A stretch of DNA of 64,000 nucleotides, from NCBI GenBank assembly GCA_030704615.1, contig CM060731.1, positions 23,064,001-23,128,000 of the forward strand, written 5' to 3'. Positions 27,496-42,995 of the stretch are shown one piece after another; positions within the stretch are counted from its first letter, which is position 1, and the number at the start of each line of letters is the position of its first letter. Below the pieces are notes generated by a model that saw only the letters and a list, made by a program, of their open reading frames with translations, did no database searches and was not told the DNA's origin. This stretch comes from Takakia lepidozioides. Taxonomy: Eukaryota > Plantae > Bryophyta. Both the position numbers and the translations under genes were made by a program.

Positions 27496-29395
27496 TGTGG
27501 GTTATTCGAAAAATATCTTCACTTTCCGCTTTTGTACAGATAAACTATTTATCATAGGAGAGCAATATCAAATTCAATCATTTCAAAAAGAGTTTTGCAA
27601 AGAAAAATGTCTATTCACATAGATTTGAAACTCAACGTTCAGAATAGCAAATGCATGAAGAAACCCTTGCCACAAAATGTAGAGTCATAGAAAAGTTTTG
27701 GAAAATACATTCCTTAAGAGGAAAACGGGAATGGGGTGTGGACTTGGGTGATCTCGGATATCCAAACCTAGAAATCAATCCTTTTCCCATTGCATTACAC
27801 ACAAAGATATATTCACAAGATAGTTACTACCTAGTACAGATCTTGGACATTTTTGAACCGGTATAGCTTCAACAAGCATACCCTGATTTCACGAATATCA
27901 TATGAAACGTAACATCAAGTTCTATGTATGATACTATGTCAAGTTCTATGTATGATTATCAACAAATTAGACTACACACAATTATCTTTTGCGCCTCCCC
28001 ACATCAAAGATCGAGCCGCCAAAACCCCCCCATAGCAAACACAACATGACACTCCCTAACGCCATAATGCTACCCCTCCCATCTCGAAACACTCCCCCTT
28101 AACCCTTAAGTTCCCAAGCGACCTGAATCGGGTCACTTTGAATTTGCAGTTCGACCTAATTTTTGCAGATCTAATCTGATGGGGCCCACTCCTGAAGCTT
28201 TAATGACAAGGGATTTGTCTCGAGTATGATGCAAAAAACAAAACTAAGAAAAAACAAAAGCTTCGATGATCTACAAAAAAATATCTTAGATCTCTCATTT
28301 ACATTTTGGGGCCTGAAAAGGGCTTGTTGACCACTCACATGGCAAGTAAACAAGCCCAAAACTGATTGCACTCCAAAGTCCATTTTTGGCAGAAAATTAG
28401 CAATTTTGGAAAAAGCACTTCACCTTGTGGAGTGTGAGTATTACATACACACATCCACCATTGGCTTTTAAAAATTTTGTAGAAAAAAAAGTACTTCATT
28501 TGGAGGCACATTTTCTCTTGTCAATTTTGAGATTTCAACCCCCATGTAATTGCATGCATAGCAACCATAGGTGAAAAAATCAGTTGGACCTGCAATTTAG
28601 TGGGGTCATAGCCACTCCACTATTGATCTGGAAATGGTGGGTCTTGGGGCAAGCAAAATTGGATAAAGCTAGGTTTTGATTTGGTCAAACCAATTTCTTT
28701 CTCACTTTTTCTTTGGGACCTGATATTTGAGGTCCGGGCCAACGCTATAATCTCACAATTTCCACGATGGTGGACTTGGCTCAGTTTTTGGTATGTCATG
28801 CATAAATGAGCTGGCCCAATTGCTATAAGGGTGGAATCTCTGGATGATTTTTGGTAGATTTCTAGGGGCAATTTACTGCAGCTGGGTACCCAAAATTGGT
28901 AAAAAGTCAAAAAAGGGCTTGGGAGCTTTAAGGCTTAAGTACTGTTCGCAACAGCAGCATTGCTCCGCTAGCTACTACTGTGACTTGGTATGGTTTCAGT
29001 TTGGGTGCATTTGGAACCCTAAATTCTCCACACACCCCGGGTATAGGCTGCATGACACACTAGTCCAGTTGGTCCTGGCATACCCCTTACCTATACCCTT
29101 GCTCACACCCCGGGCGATTGGCACATACCAATACAACACTTGGTAATCTCCTTTTTAGAATAAAGGTCTGGTCTAGCAAAGACAAACTTTCCTTTCTTGC
29201 CATGTAAATTCACTGGACGTTAAAGAAACTTTATCCTTTATCCCCCCAAGCCGTGCAAGTTGTTACTTCTTACTACAAACTTACCAGGCTGGTAGAGTTA
29301 GCCACAAATTTTCAATTATTATACTAATTGGTTTCCTAATTAAATCGATGGACGAGTGAAATAGATGAGAACTGGAGAGATCGTAGCCGTCCAAA

Positions 29396-29450
29396 GGTTA
29401 GGGTTAGGGGTGTAGAGGAGCACAGAGGACCTTGATCTCTCTCTCTCTCT
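29396..29450 (+). promoter_or_regulatory. telo-box-like motif and CT-rich (TOP-like) tract upstream of RPS9
   Basis: ggttagggttagggg (AACCCTAA on the minus strand) ~100 bp upstream of the ATG, followed by tctctctctctctct. Telo-boxes are typical of plant ribosomal protein promoters. Confidence 0.55.
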
Positions 29451-29505
29451 AACACGCCCAGCGCTGCAGTGCGTGGGACGTCGGTGCGCAGGCGCCAGAT
29501 CTACA

Positions 29506-30640
<1,135 letters not shown>

Positions 30641-33303
30641 ACTGTAGCATCCAGCCTATCTGTCTTGAGGCGGACAAGAGGGAGTTTTGCTGTATTGTGG
30701 CCTTCCTGAGTAAAACACCCATGTCAATTTTGTATTTTCCGAAATGTCAATTGTGTGGTGCTTTTTGGTAATCTCTGCTGATTCCTGATATTCAGAAGTG
30801 GTTGCTCCTGTAGGGGGGGGGATTTTCCATTTCGTGGTAGACAAAATTTGCCATGGATTGTCTGTGGGAAGGCCCCATATAGAGTCTAGCAGCTGTCTTC
30901 CATTCCATGGTAACTGTCTGCCGCATGGTACCAAAATCTATGGTGATTAAAAGAAGTGTTGCGAGAGTGTTTGTCTCGTGTCCATCCTGGTCATCGCCTA
31001 CATTGAGTTTCACAATTGCTTCTCCTGAAAGCAGTACTTACTGCTTGCCAACTGCATGAAGAAAGAAGTTCCTCTTAGGTCTGATGGTTGGGACTCCAGC
31101 TCTCTGCATATGTGGAGTCCTGATGTGACTCGGTGTCCTGGTCAGTTCTTCTCTCATTTTATGGAGCTCAAGTGGATCAGGAATGGCTTTGTAATAGCAT
31201 ATCATTCTCCTGTTGTGGAGATAGGACTACCCATCTCAACCAAAGAGATCAGTGCAATGCAGTACAGTTGACTATCCCGTGGATTTGTAAACCATATATT
31301 GCAAGATTACACTGTTGTCACCACTCCCCTGACCGTTTGAAGGAAGTCGGGGAGGTGCAAATGCTTCATGGTGCACAGACAGGCTTGGCTATCTATTCTT
31401 ACCTCCCACTAGTATGGCAATGGTTTTTGCCATTTATCTTGAAATGGCGTTGGCCCATTCCTGCCACAAAAGCACAGATTGCCAAATCAGGCCACTAATT
31501 ACAGCTGGTTAGCCAAAAATTCGAATTCTGGCTGTTTCTGATTTAGAAAAGGTTGTGCAAAAAACCAATCCACTTGAGTAAGATGGAGTCCTTCCCTCAG
31601 TGGACCTCCCCCGGATAGGACAGAGGTTGTGCGAAAGTTTGGCAGTTGTCCCATAGTTGGGCACGGCCATCCCAATTGTGTACGAAGGAGGTCCCATCAA
31701 ATCTGCTTCATTTCAACTGAAATTTTTCAGAGATATGCTTACTCAATTCTGCACTCCAATAAAGTTATCCATTAAGCCCCGCCCTCTTTGACCCTCTGAT
31801 TCATCCCACATGCGGCTTTGGTGGGCATGACTCGAGGAAACTGGGCATGAGAGAGAGAAATGAGAGAGAAACAAAGTCCTGCATGTAGCAAGGCCTTCTC
31901 CTAGTTGGAAATGTGGGTAGGAGCTGTTCTTCTGATCTAATTCTCGGCTTCTTCCCTGCCTTGTTTCATGCCTTGCCTTGGGCTGAACGTTTATTCTTGG
32001 ATAGCTTAGGAGAGCTTTTAGCTGGTCTTGGTGCTGCTTCTAGCTTTCTTCTCTTGTATTCTCACTCGTTCTCTGGCTCGGAGTGGAACCTCGTTACTCT
32101 ACCTGCATGGTCTTTTGTAAGGTTATTTTTTCCTTACCTTTTAATAAGGTTTTACGGGGCTACCATCCCCCTGTTCTTATATATATATATACCTCATGTT
32201 GTGGATGGTGTTATGATTAAATATATGTATGAAATTAGGGTTTAGGGTTGAGGGGCTGATTGAACTATTTTATGCTTTATGGAATATCAATATACAAACA
32301 TTAAAAAATAAAATAAAACAGGGGCGGTCCCTGGCAGAGTTTAACATTTTGAAATACGCGTAGTCTTAAATGAATAAATATTGATATATTTATTGTATTG
32401 TTTGTGGGCGAGGTTAGAAAAGCATTAGTTTTTTACTCATCCCATGCTTGAAAGCACAATTCCGGAGTCGATCATTCGTCAAACTCATGAAGTGGCATGC
32501 GGGCCATTGGAGCCCTCCTTGGCAAGGCGTGTGGCCCCATCATGATTCCCCGGCATGGAAACACACAGAGGAACCATAGTATTTTATGAAGGATGATCCA
32601 AAACATGTTCGCCTTGGCTTGTGATCAAAGTAGCCATTCTTAACAATTGAACGATCGCTGCCTGGAACGTGTTTGGCTAACTAAACTCTTTAGCAGTTTA
32701 CTGAATTTTGTCAGGAATAGAGTTTCGCCAGATTGGTGCCCAAGTAGGAGGCAAATATGAATTTTTGCGTCCATGTATTCATCACCGGTATATCTTTTCT
32801 ACTTTTGTTTCACAACACAACAACAACAGCAACCTCTTCCTGGTAGACTAAAAGGAGAAATCTGAGGGGGCAAAGTCGTTTGTGGAGTATGTGTCAAACT
32901 AAGCAAGAAAGCAATCGTAAAGACTCGGCAAAACACTACTCACTCTTTCAGAGACGAGACTCAAACAATCGATTATTCTGGTGGCACGTGTCTCTTTCTT
33001 GCATCCCCCATCTGCAAAAAACTACAGAGTTTGGGACTAACCGTGACACATTCCCTGGATGTTTTCATACCGAGACCAGAAGCCTGCTGGGAATGCTGAA
33101 CTTGGTGGTTAATTAGCAGATCGCTTTGGGCAGTCTGACAAATACACCAGAGTTTGAAAACTAACGCCCCCTTAGCTGAGAGAATACCACCGATTCTCTT
33201 CAGAGAATCTGGAGGGTATTGACTACTGACAATAAGCTAAGCTGGGGGGGGGGAGATACAAACCAGAGAAAGCTTCCCACAACATGCTGAAAGGTCTTGC
33301 AAA

Positions 33304-36300
33304 TCAAGGGACTGATTCCAATAGTCCAGTATGACTCCTAGTGGGAGGCATTCCAAGTTTGAACCCAAGTATAGAGTCCCTGAGCTTTCTGGTTGAGGGT
33401 AATCCTCTTTTCCCTGATGAAGCTTTTGACGCTATGGAGGAAAATGGCCCATCGTAATACCAGGAAATTGATCTTGTCCTCTCTGGGGTTGCAGAGCAGC
33501 TGGTCTTGTCTGCCATTGACTGAAACTCAGAGGAATCACGCAGTGGGGAGGTACAGTGTGTCGGCGAAGAGCTATGGCTGTTGTCAGTGGATCTGGAGAG
33601 ACCATCCCGAAGCTCCGGCCACTCCTTCTGCACGTGCTTCAAAATGTTTGCTTCTGCTCTTGACCCTTCAAACACACAAGCAAACCACAAGGTATGTCAT
33701 CCACATGGCAAGAAAGGGTCCCTGTCTCCTACATAACCAGAGAGAACCAATGTCAATCTAGGCAGTGGTTAATGATCTACCACTTCTGGATGATGTCATG
33801 ACGTTTAAATTTGGGGTAGAAATCAACAAAATTCTGTGAAAATTTTAACCAAAATTCTTCATCCTATATGCATGATATACCATAGTGTGCTTGCTCTTCT
33901 ACAAATTGCAGCATGTTGTAATCTGTGCAATTTTTACCTCCAGCGCTACAACTGAAGTCAGCCCTGGAGATCATTGGATGCCCAACCCGTGCAACAGCTT
34001 TCCCAGTTGAATTGATGAGAGCAGGCTTGAGGCTGAACTTGCTCCATGATCGGCTAAGCTGCTGGCCTTGTTCATTGTTTTCATCACCACTCTCTCCCCC
34101 AGATGCTTCGTAACCATCACTGGCAGACATCCTCAGCAGCACCTGAGCAGGGTCACAGGAAGCAGATGGGGAACTTGAAAAGAAAACCGGGTTGCTCACT
34201 CGAAGCTGTGTAGAGTCAAGACATGCATCGGGGGAGGCAACATGACTTCCTGGGTAGGAGCTGCCAGGGTAAGAAGCCCTCAAATCACCAGAAAACCTGC
34301 TTGCAGGGTAGGAGTACTCTGGATACGAAGCTCTCAAGTCACCAGAGAACCTGCTTGGGCTACAACGGAAGGTACTGCGGGCCTCTAGTGGCAGGGGTGC
34401 CATCGTTGTCCTCGGAAAGCCAAGACCTGCTATGGAATCTGTTACATTGAGCGGGAATCTCCTATCTCGGCGCTCTCTCATCATCAGCCACCCCTCTTTC
34501 CTCGAAAGATGCTCATGCTTCATGCAGCCTCGGCGACTGCCGGCAATTGCGATTTCTCCACTTGCACTGCGACTGCTTGGGTAGCTACTTTCTTCAGTGT
34601 CCGTGACTAGGGAAGCCAGGGAATATCTACTAGGTCGTACATTTGAGGACATTTCTCGCGCATGGGCTGCTGCCCTTGTGGCATCCTCTGCATTGAGGCG
34701 GGCCAACTTCCAGGGATTGATTCCCACTGATGCTCGGGTTTGGAGAGCTCCTCTACCTCCTTTGCTTGCCCTTCCACCACCCACCTCCAAATCACTACTT
34801 AATCCCAAGATACCCTGCAATAGACAGCAGGAAGTCAGTCCTGGAAGACCCCCAACTGTGCAAAGTGAACTTCCCTTGTTTTTAAAGAATGCAATCTGGA
34901 GTGCATGGAGACTGACCACTTCCTTCCCACTACCCCTGGTGGTAGGGATGGATAGATCCATATGAAAACCTGAGGAGAAGAGAGACTGAGGCACACTACG
35001 AGAGAAAAGCTCATGTTAATTTGTTCTTCTTGCATTCTTTTTAAACACACCGCAGAGAAAGTCAGGGAGGACCTGCTCTTGCTCCACAAATATTCGAGGA
35101 GGTGTGCATAAAATTCCTTGGTGCAGGGCTAAGGCTCCAGCCGAGCTATAGCCACTGAAACCTGTATCAGTTGAGCTGGCAGGTGATGTGGTGAGACTGT
35201 TTAATCCTCCACCCTCCCAAAATCCAAGATCCTTCTCTCTCACTGCCAAAATATAATCATATGTGCTAAGTCCCTGCACACACAGGCCCAAGCGAAATGA
35301 TCATCTTGGGCAATAGGATTGAGGTGATGCAGGTTTGATTGTTATCATTAGCCATCCTAGGTGTATGACTACTACTCCCCATCAACACCGAAAAACTGAG
35401 TTGGGTCACAATGCCATCATCGCCTTCCAGAGCAAGCAGGGAGGTCTTGTTCACCCCCTTACACACCCAAATAGTGCATTCTAAGGACCTCCTCAGTTGT
35501 CAATTCAGTACAGACCTAGATGACATGCTGGTGCAGGACAGACCAATCAGGATGTGGAAGTCTGAACTACACACCTTCTTGATGAGGATGAGATGGAAGA
35601 AGAAGAGTTGTGCAAGTGGCACTGTAGCCACCATCGCCAGTAATGTTAGGAGCCCCTGCAGATCCATCAGAAAACCTTACTCGTTTCAATTTCCCACATC
35701 TAAAACACATAGAACATAATGCAGAAACGTGTCATCAAAGTGACAATGTAGATCAAAAGGAGGGAACAGGCAGACCAATTTCATTATCAGGGACCCAGAC
35801 TCATAGTCCTAACAAACAGATGGTTTCAGCCAGTTCACCATAAAGTAGCATTTCAAAGTGCTTGCTGTTCCATGCATGACACAATCCTGTGGCATAACAA
35901 TTGTTTTCAATGCTACGAAACCTCTTTCTCCTAGACAAGGAACTTATAGTTCCTTGTGCAGCCGACAATGCCAAAACTCATCAGGGGGCCAAAACTGGCA
36001 ATATGTGATATTTTCAGAGACCTCTGTCAGGAAGAGAGAATTGATGACGGAAACAACAGCTGACACAAATCTTGCTTACTTGCAGAAAGTTGCAAAACAC
36101 CTCTCTAGAGACGTAGAAAGTGGTCCACACAGCAACCAAGGCAGAGGGCATGTTCCGCATACCACCACAACAATGTAAGGCACACGAGAGAAGCTGCTGC
36201 CAAGTTTTGCCTCAATCTCCATGACAAAACTTTGTTTTTCAGAAAAGCAGCGCACCAACACAACAATCCCTGTTGCCCACTGCAAGATAAGCTGCCACCA

Positions 36301-38793
36301 GCACATAATATCTCATTGGCAGGTTCAAAGACATTTGATAGACCAAAGACTCTCAATCCTATTACCACATTGAATCCCTCTGATATTGTGGGGCTGATAG
36401 GGAATGGCCACTGACGTGGAGGGGCCCTTCCAGGACAAGGCATCACCAGTTTGAAAAGAGCTTCACGAGAGAGCCTGGGGACTTCATAAGAATGCCAGCT
36501 GTAAGTCCAATAGGTCCACATTCAAAACAGAACCCTTCAAACACACTCTTTGTTGGCACTTCCACCTAGGCAATAATGAGAACAGTAGTGGGAGTCAGAC
36601 AAGTACTACTTGGCTTTCATAAAACAGATTGCTCCTTCTTAAAGCTGAGTTCGTACCAAAAGAAGACATGACACCATTAGTGCCACAAATGTTCGGTAGT
36701 TTTTCTTGCCAACGCAATTGTTGAGCCACTGCAGTCACAGAACAGGTTGCCCCACAAGAAGCATATAAGAAAACTCAAAAACGTGACCACCCCACTCTGT
36801 GAGCTTGGTGACCCTCTCTAATCACCTTTAATGCAGGTGTGTTGCAATCAGGAGAATGGACTACGATCAGCTTTCAAGTGGACCACATGGAGAATATATT
36901 ACAAGCATAGGTTTAAGAGTGTACCCGACAGTGGTGATCAAATCCGTGGACGCACTTGTCACAAGCCCGGCAATGCTTGCTGCACTTCGAAATCTGCCCA
37001 AACATCAATTCAGGTTGACTCATTAGAACCTCTTGGCTTGTTCTGCTCTCTTTCTATGTGCTGCCCCCACACGATTGTCTTACGATAATCTCCTTGCTTC
37101 CTACATCTTATGTACTGTAATGCTCACCTCAGCTTCACAAATGCTACAGTAGAGCAATAGCTCCCCAGGATTGAACCTCCCTGGTTCTTGTCTTCTTTTA
37201 CAACATGCATTGCGGATAAGCTTGGCTCCAGGAAGCCATCTCTCGAAGACACTGCAGGTGTTCCCAGCTACATGTGCCTCACTCTTCTCAGTCGAAGCAA
37301 GAATGGCTTTTAAACTTTTGTCAGATTCATCCCGCGACAGCTCTAGGTTTGTGTCACTCATTGGAGACCCCTTGGAACTCTTGGACTTTGATGGTGCCAT
37401 TTCTTTCCCCTGCCCAAACTGCTTGGAGCGCTGCAGACCTGGATCTGCAGGGTTGCATGCTGCACACCTCACATATAGAATAAATACCGTGGCAACCTGC
37501 AGGACAGGAATCCTGTTTTCTTCAGTACTTGAAATTCTGTGTTGGGTCCAGCAGCAGGAAATAGAAGGTCATGCTGAACAGGCAAAGTAGAAGATGAAAC
37601 AAACTTCCAGGTACATGCGAAAAACAACAAGAAGCAAGAGGCACTCGTTTAGGCAGTCTGCTAATGTCACCCACTAACATCAAACTTATGGTGTAGGTAC
37701 CATTCCTTCATGAGGGCCTCCAGAGTGTTCATTGGCACTCACCACAGGAGAATAGGCAGCGATGACATGGTACTTTGCTATGGTACTCCCCACAAATGGG
37801 CTGAAAAACACATAGAAGGAGAAGGCCAATGCCAGAAAAACAGAGATTGCCACCATCTGTAATTCACAGTCAAAGAAGTATCAATGTCTGCAACGTTTTA
37901 ATATCCATGATCTGGACCAGTCAACCCTGACTCCCTCACTCACTCTCACATGCACAAACACACAAAGTCAATTTCTTTACTCCCTTTCATTGGCAAACTC
38001 TTCCACTTGAAATTTTGAAGGTCTGCACATTGACACTACCCTACTTTCCACATTAAACAAGTGGTGCTAGGACATACTATCCTCCTCTTATATCTCCAGC
38101 AGCAAAAGTCAACTACTATTCTTTTCCAGACTGCATTCACCTTACTTGGACACAGGACGGCCCCAGCATCATATGCTTTTGAAACATCTGGACTACTTGA
38201 TATATGCTTTAAGATGCTCAGAATCTTCAAACTCCACTACAGCTTCATTGTGATAATTCATAATTGATAGCACTTGTTTAGAATGTAGCAACATACGACT
38301 ACCTATCTATGAGGAAAGCACTACAGTTGGAAAACTTGAAGACACAAAAAACCAGCTCCATTGGCAAGCCAAAATAAAGACTTTTCTTGGAAAGAACCTA
38401 CTGAACCAGAAGTTTGAAGGCCAAACCCACATTGACATAACTCTAACCGGAGAAGAGACCTCTAGTGGACACCTTCCTTCGGATTAGCATTCCACCTTTT
38501 ACAATAACCACTTGTGAGGGACTTGACAGTCGTACTCTCCTCTGGGACAGCGACTACAAACCTTGACCTATGGTCCGATTAGCCAAAAAACCACAGCACA
38601 GATGTGCTGATTGTACAGAAAATGGTGGGTTTCTTCCGAAGATGCACGAAGGCATAATTTTCTCGGGTTGAGTGCATCTCGATTGAGGGTTGAGCCAAGG
38701 AAAGCGATGATCAGCCCAACACAGGCATATCGCGAGAAAGAATCTACTTGCCTGAAGAGGATGATACGGAAGTTCCCATCCATGGTTTCGCAT
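33304..38793 (-). CDS. DHHC protein S-acyltransferase (PAT19-22-like), about 10 coding exons
   Basis: Starts MRNHGWELPYHPLQ (38793; GC donor at 38751). Contains [78 protein letters not shown] and VGINPWKLARLNAEDA. The terminal exon 33665-33304 is joined in frame through the donor at 33937; this last exon is less certain than the rest. Confidence 0.9.
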
Positions 38794-41679
38794 TGTGCGG
38801 ACAGTAGTTTGGAAAAAGATTGCCTTGTCAAGATTGAGCTACTCCAGAGAAGAGAACTAAAATTTTCATCTTCAGCATATCCTTCCTGTTTGTCCTGCCT
38901 CTCTTGATCTCGATGTCTCACTTGATATATAGATCAGGTCCAGAGCTCACTCCGGAATCCTCGTTTGATCAGCTCACACCTACCCGGCAAGACAAATTGC
39001 GGAACTTGTTCTTTGCATATCAATTGTTCCTTTCAAGAAGAAGAAACACATTGCACTCTCTGAACAGTCTGTAGTGAAGCGCCAGGAAAACTATACCCCT
39101 GCATCTCCACTTCTCCCTATAATAGTGATGAGATACCATATAGACCACCACACGTCATCACAGACGAAAAGGTGCGACACAAGAAGTTGACTCCAAGGAT
39201 GTCGTGGAGGAGCTGGCTCAAGACACACTCCCGCCTTGTGAATGCCGCTCCAACAGAAGAAGAAGACCTGCAGACCAGCCGTGTACAACAGTCGCATGCA
39301 CTACACTCGAACAACAAGTTCTCAGCCTGGCATACTTCCACGCTTCAGCTCGATATGATCCAATGCAGCTTCCAGCCCAACGATTTCTCCGACCAACGCT
39401 GGCAAAATACAGCTTCAAATTGTCCAGGCTCTATGACTACACAATCCCACTACTTGCTACAAAGCCAACCTCCAATCTAGACAACCTGCCACCACTGCCT
39501 CAATACAGCTCCTCCGAAAATCATCTCCGCAACTTTTCGATCCCACTTCAGCACAGCCCAACCACTCCTCCACAAGCCCCGTGCCTCTGCAAGATCAAAA
39601 TGCAGCTACACACCAGCCCACTGACGCAAACACCATCTCCACAGCCCATTACAATCGACCAAAGCTTACGACTTGATCAGTGGCTCGGGTGACCCAAAAC
39701 AGACCAGAAAAATGAGCCTGCCGATGCCTCAGACTGCATGGAAATGGCAGAAGAGCCGAAGAGCAGAAGAGCTTGGGCCCGCATTGGATTCTTGTTGGCA
39801 AACAAAGCAGGCACGCGCAGTGGCCCGCCTCCGCACTGCCACTGCACACTCTCCAACGGCACTCGCTCTGCAAAGCGCAGCAGCTTTTCGGTCTGGGTCT
39901 CGACTGACCGTTATACAGTGCCCGCAATTCATGGATGAACAGTGCCTGCGCTGACCACCTTACTCCGTCCACAGTCCATCCCTTTTGTGTGATCAGCCAA
40001 CCATCCCAGTATTCATCCAGCTCTGTTACGGCCGGGCAGGATCTTTTCAACCCTATTCTCCGGGCGTTTGGGCAGAGTGTTGGAAACATGGGAACGTCCC
40101 TGAGAGATCTCTGAATTCAGGGGGACGTGAGAACGTTGGAAGGGACATAAAGAACATGTCGGCTATTATTTATCTTATTTATTAGTTTCTAAGAAGATAG
40201 AGATTCTGGGCTCAAACCCTGCTAAGTATCTGGCAGCGACGCAAGGCCATGAGTGTAGAACATATGCTCATAGTTAGAAAATCGCAAGCCCAGAGTATTC
40301 ATACTCCACAATAATGAGTTTTAAAATTAGATACTTATTTGATCTAAAGAATGATGTTGAGATTGGGAAAAAACTGAATATGATGTACAGTAATTGGGCC
40401 AACTTAAACAGCACAGTAAATTATTAGACAATCAATTACTTCAAACTAAAAATAAAAGCTAGGGCCTAAGTTTAGAATAGCAATAATGTAAGAAATTAAT
40501 GCAAGCGTGCGATCTCTTACTACATCGGTTTTGTTCTGTCAAATATTCCCCGCCCCCTCTCAAGAGTGATACAATTTAGAGTGTCACCAGAAATCGGATT
40601 GACACCAAATGGAGTGTAGTTGGGTGTCGCGTAATTTGGCCAATTACCCAAAAATATAAAGAGGAAATAATTGGATTCATCAATCCAAACCTTGCACATC
40701 ATAGCTGTCATCGCCATCGCCTAAGAGTATCTCTCGCCGCAAAGGGTGGGGCCCAAATTAAACCCCAACAATGCAATAACGCCAAATGATTTGTGGCGGA
40801 TCCGCTCAAATTTGCATTTGCCCCTGCACATTTCGCCTATATACTGGGCTCCAAACCTGACCCGCCAATATGTTTGGATCCCTTTTTTTATGTCTGCAAC
40901 CCACACATTACTGCGCGCGTCGCCATGGCAGTGACTACATCTGAAGGCTCTCTCCATACACCGAAGTACCTAGTGCGAGAGCAGTGTGGCCGCCCCCAAA
41001 CTTGTCAGCAAGGCCAAGATAGCAAGGCACAAGGCTTGCATGGGCAAGGGTTATTTTCTACTCTTGTGCTATCTTGGAAATTGGCCTTGCCAAGGGGGCC
41101 GGTACAATGCATTTGGCGGGGCATTTTGGCTTACACCGGAGGAGATGCTCTTAGCCTATCAAACTACTCCGCAAGGCAACAACCACCAATAGTAAGTCTG
41201 GAGTAAATGGGGTGGGGAGGATTTGACAAGGGCGTGCGAGAGCTATTGGTTACATGCAAAAGTATTATCAGATCACATGCTTGCATTAAGTTCACTTGCA
41301 GATGGAACAGGTTCCAAATTTACATTTTCTAAGGGGCCTACTTGCAAAGCCCACCAAAGTGAGGTGGAGGACAAAGAAACCCTCTCAAATGTAGCCCTTA
41401 CCCTCTTTACATATTTTCTCAAGGTGGCGGTGGAGCCTTCTAAAAGGGGGCCGCCACCGCATTGTGCTTCTTGAAAGCTCTAGAACTAGAAGGAGGGCCC
41501 ACCCTCCTACTTCTATGCTAGCCTGTACATGTGGCCTCACATTTCACCCATTCCAACATAGGTGACTCCCCTCCCATTTGGCTGCTCCAATATTTGCCCA
41601 TGAGGGAGTCTCTGCCTTATGATCCCAAGTTAGTTCTTTAGCCATAGAAAAAGTAGATGATTTCCAGTGCTTCCCGTTT

Positions 41680-41846
41680 GATCTGACGCCTATGCAATAC
41701 AATGCTATGTAGGCTCAACTCTCTCAAATCAAGGAAGCTCGAGCACAAGGGAATTATGATGTCTACATAGATGGGAGGGTCATCATTGGACGGCAAGCCC
41801 GTTGCTCTCCTAATACTAAATAAAGATATGGGACCCATGAGACCCC
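41680..41846 (+). mobile_element. second fragment of the same LINE family (ORF1 3' end)
   Basis: Near-identical to 24502-24669 (gatctgacgcctatgcaat...agatgggagggtcatcatt...gatatgggacccatgagacccc). Confidence 0.85.
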
Positions 41847-42213
41847 GCAACCCGATGAAATGGGATGGACCTGGGCCGACGGGTCTTGTGAATTGATTGC
41901 ACTGAGTTTTGACATGCATGTGTAGGTTGCATGCCCACTACGACACGCTAGAGGCAGTTTGATGGAGATGTTCACATTCACAACTGGGTTACTCGTGGCG
42001 TCACCCTAATTCAAAATTGCCACTCGGTCGCCAAACTCCACATTATTGTGGAAATGCCTGAGGGGCCCGACTATTTTCTCCAAATGTCCGGCAAACTCCG
42101 GGCTCCTCCCACTAGAAGGATGTTCTTAGGAATTTCTACCAGATAGGTGAATTGTTTCCATTGCTCTATACGAAGATTGGAGTTTATGGCGCATGGGAAA
42201 CTTACGTAAAGAC

Positions 42214-42995
42214 GTATCCTGCCCTATGACCGACGGTAGAAGCACAAGTCTGCTCTTCGTCGCATGAAAATGGAATGAAATCTCATAATCGATCAAGGAT
42301 TGTCAACAAACTGGTCCCACACACTCCACAAGTTACACATAATTTTGAAGATGATTTGAGTAAATATGAATATTAGAAAAACTGATATAGGGTGCTATGT
42401 GATCGTGCTACCTGGGGACTCTATGACCATTTCTGGACTCCTCTATAAACGTGTATTCCAATGCCTAACAATGTCATTTGATTGTCGCATTATCACCAAA
42501 GGTAGTGGTGTCACCACATTAAATGTGACTCTGACTTCATTTCTTGAACGCCCATACATGGTTCGACATTTGTTGTATTACTATAATGACTATTCATTTT
42601 CACTAAAGTCGAAGTATCAAATTTACAATAGCTATGTTGTTTGAGAGCGAGGTTTTCTTTACACCAAGTCAAAACTAACTATTGAATGTGTCAATTGAAT
42701 ATTCAACCACTAATAAATGTTATTATTGTGCAACTCTGCTTCCCCGTGAGACACGTTTAAGTTAAGTGCTCTACTAAAGTATCATGCGTCTATGGCTGCC
42801 TCTAAGTTTGCATCTGACCATCCTCCTCTCTTAGTACCCTTGCTTGCTGAGATAAATTAGTGATGTCAAGTAGTGGAGTAGGATATGGATTTTGGGATAG
42901 AGCCCATTGAAAAGGTGAACCCTCATTGTTCTTTTCATCATGAGAATTATTTTCAGCATCTAAGCTCACAGATTTGTATGGAGAGAAAGAAGTAT
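42214..42995 (-). repeat. left arm of a long inverted repeat (partner ~50535-51842)
   Basis: For example, ggtagtggtgtcaccacattaaatgtgactctgacttcatttcttgaacgcccat (42501) is the reverse complement of ~51499-51553. Collinear similarity extends over ~780 bp. Confidence 0.9.

Noticed and set aside
28100-29120. AT-rich region with short inverted motifs (gggtatagg/cctataccc), suggestive of a non-autonomous DNA transposon
   Set aside because: Could not define termini, TIRs or a TSD
31803-31860. ATCCCACAT resembling the plant snRNA USE element
   Set aside because: No TATA box at the expected spacing and no recognisable snRNA downstream
32235-32255. ttagggtttagggtt telomere-like repeats
   Set aside because: Only about two units; a common interstitial motif with no support for a telomere or telomerase RNA
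39091-40089. Several overlapping 60-160 aa ORFs upstream of the PAT gene
   Set aside because: No domain similarity; consistent with a GC-richer 5' UTR/promoter. uORF function cannot be assessed from sequence.
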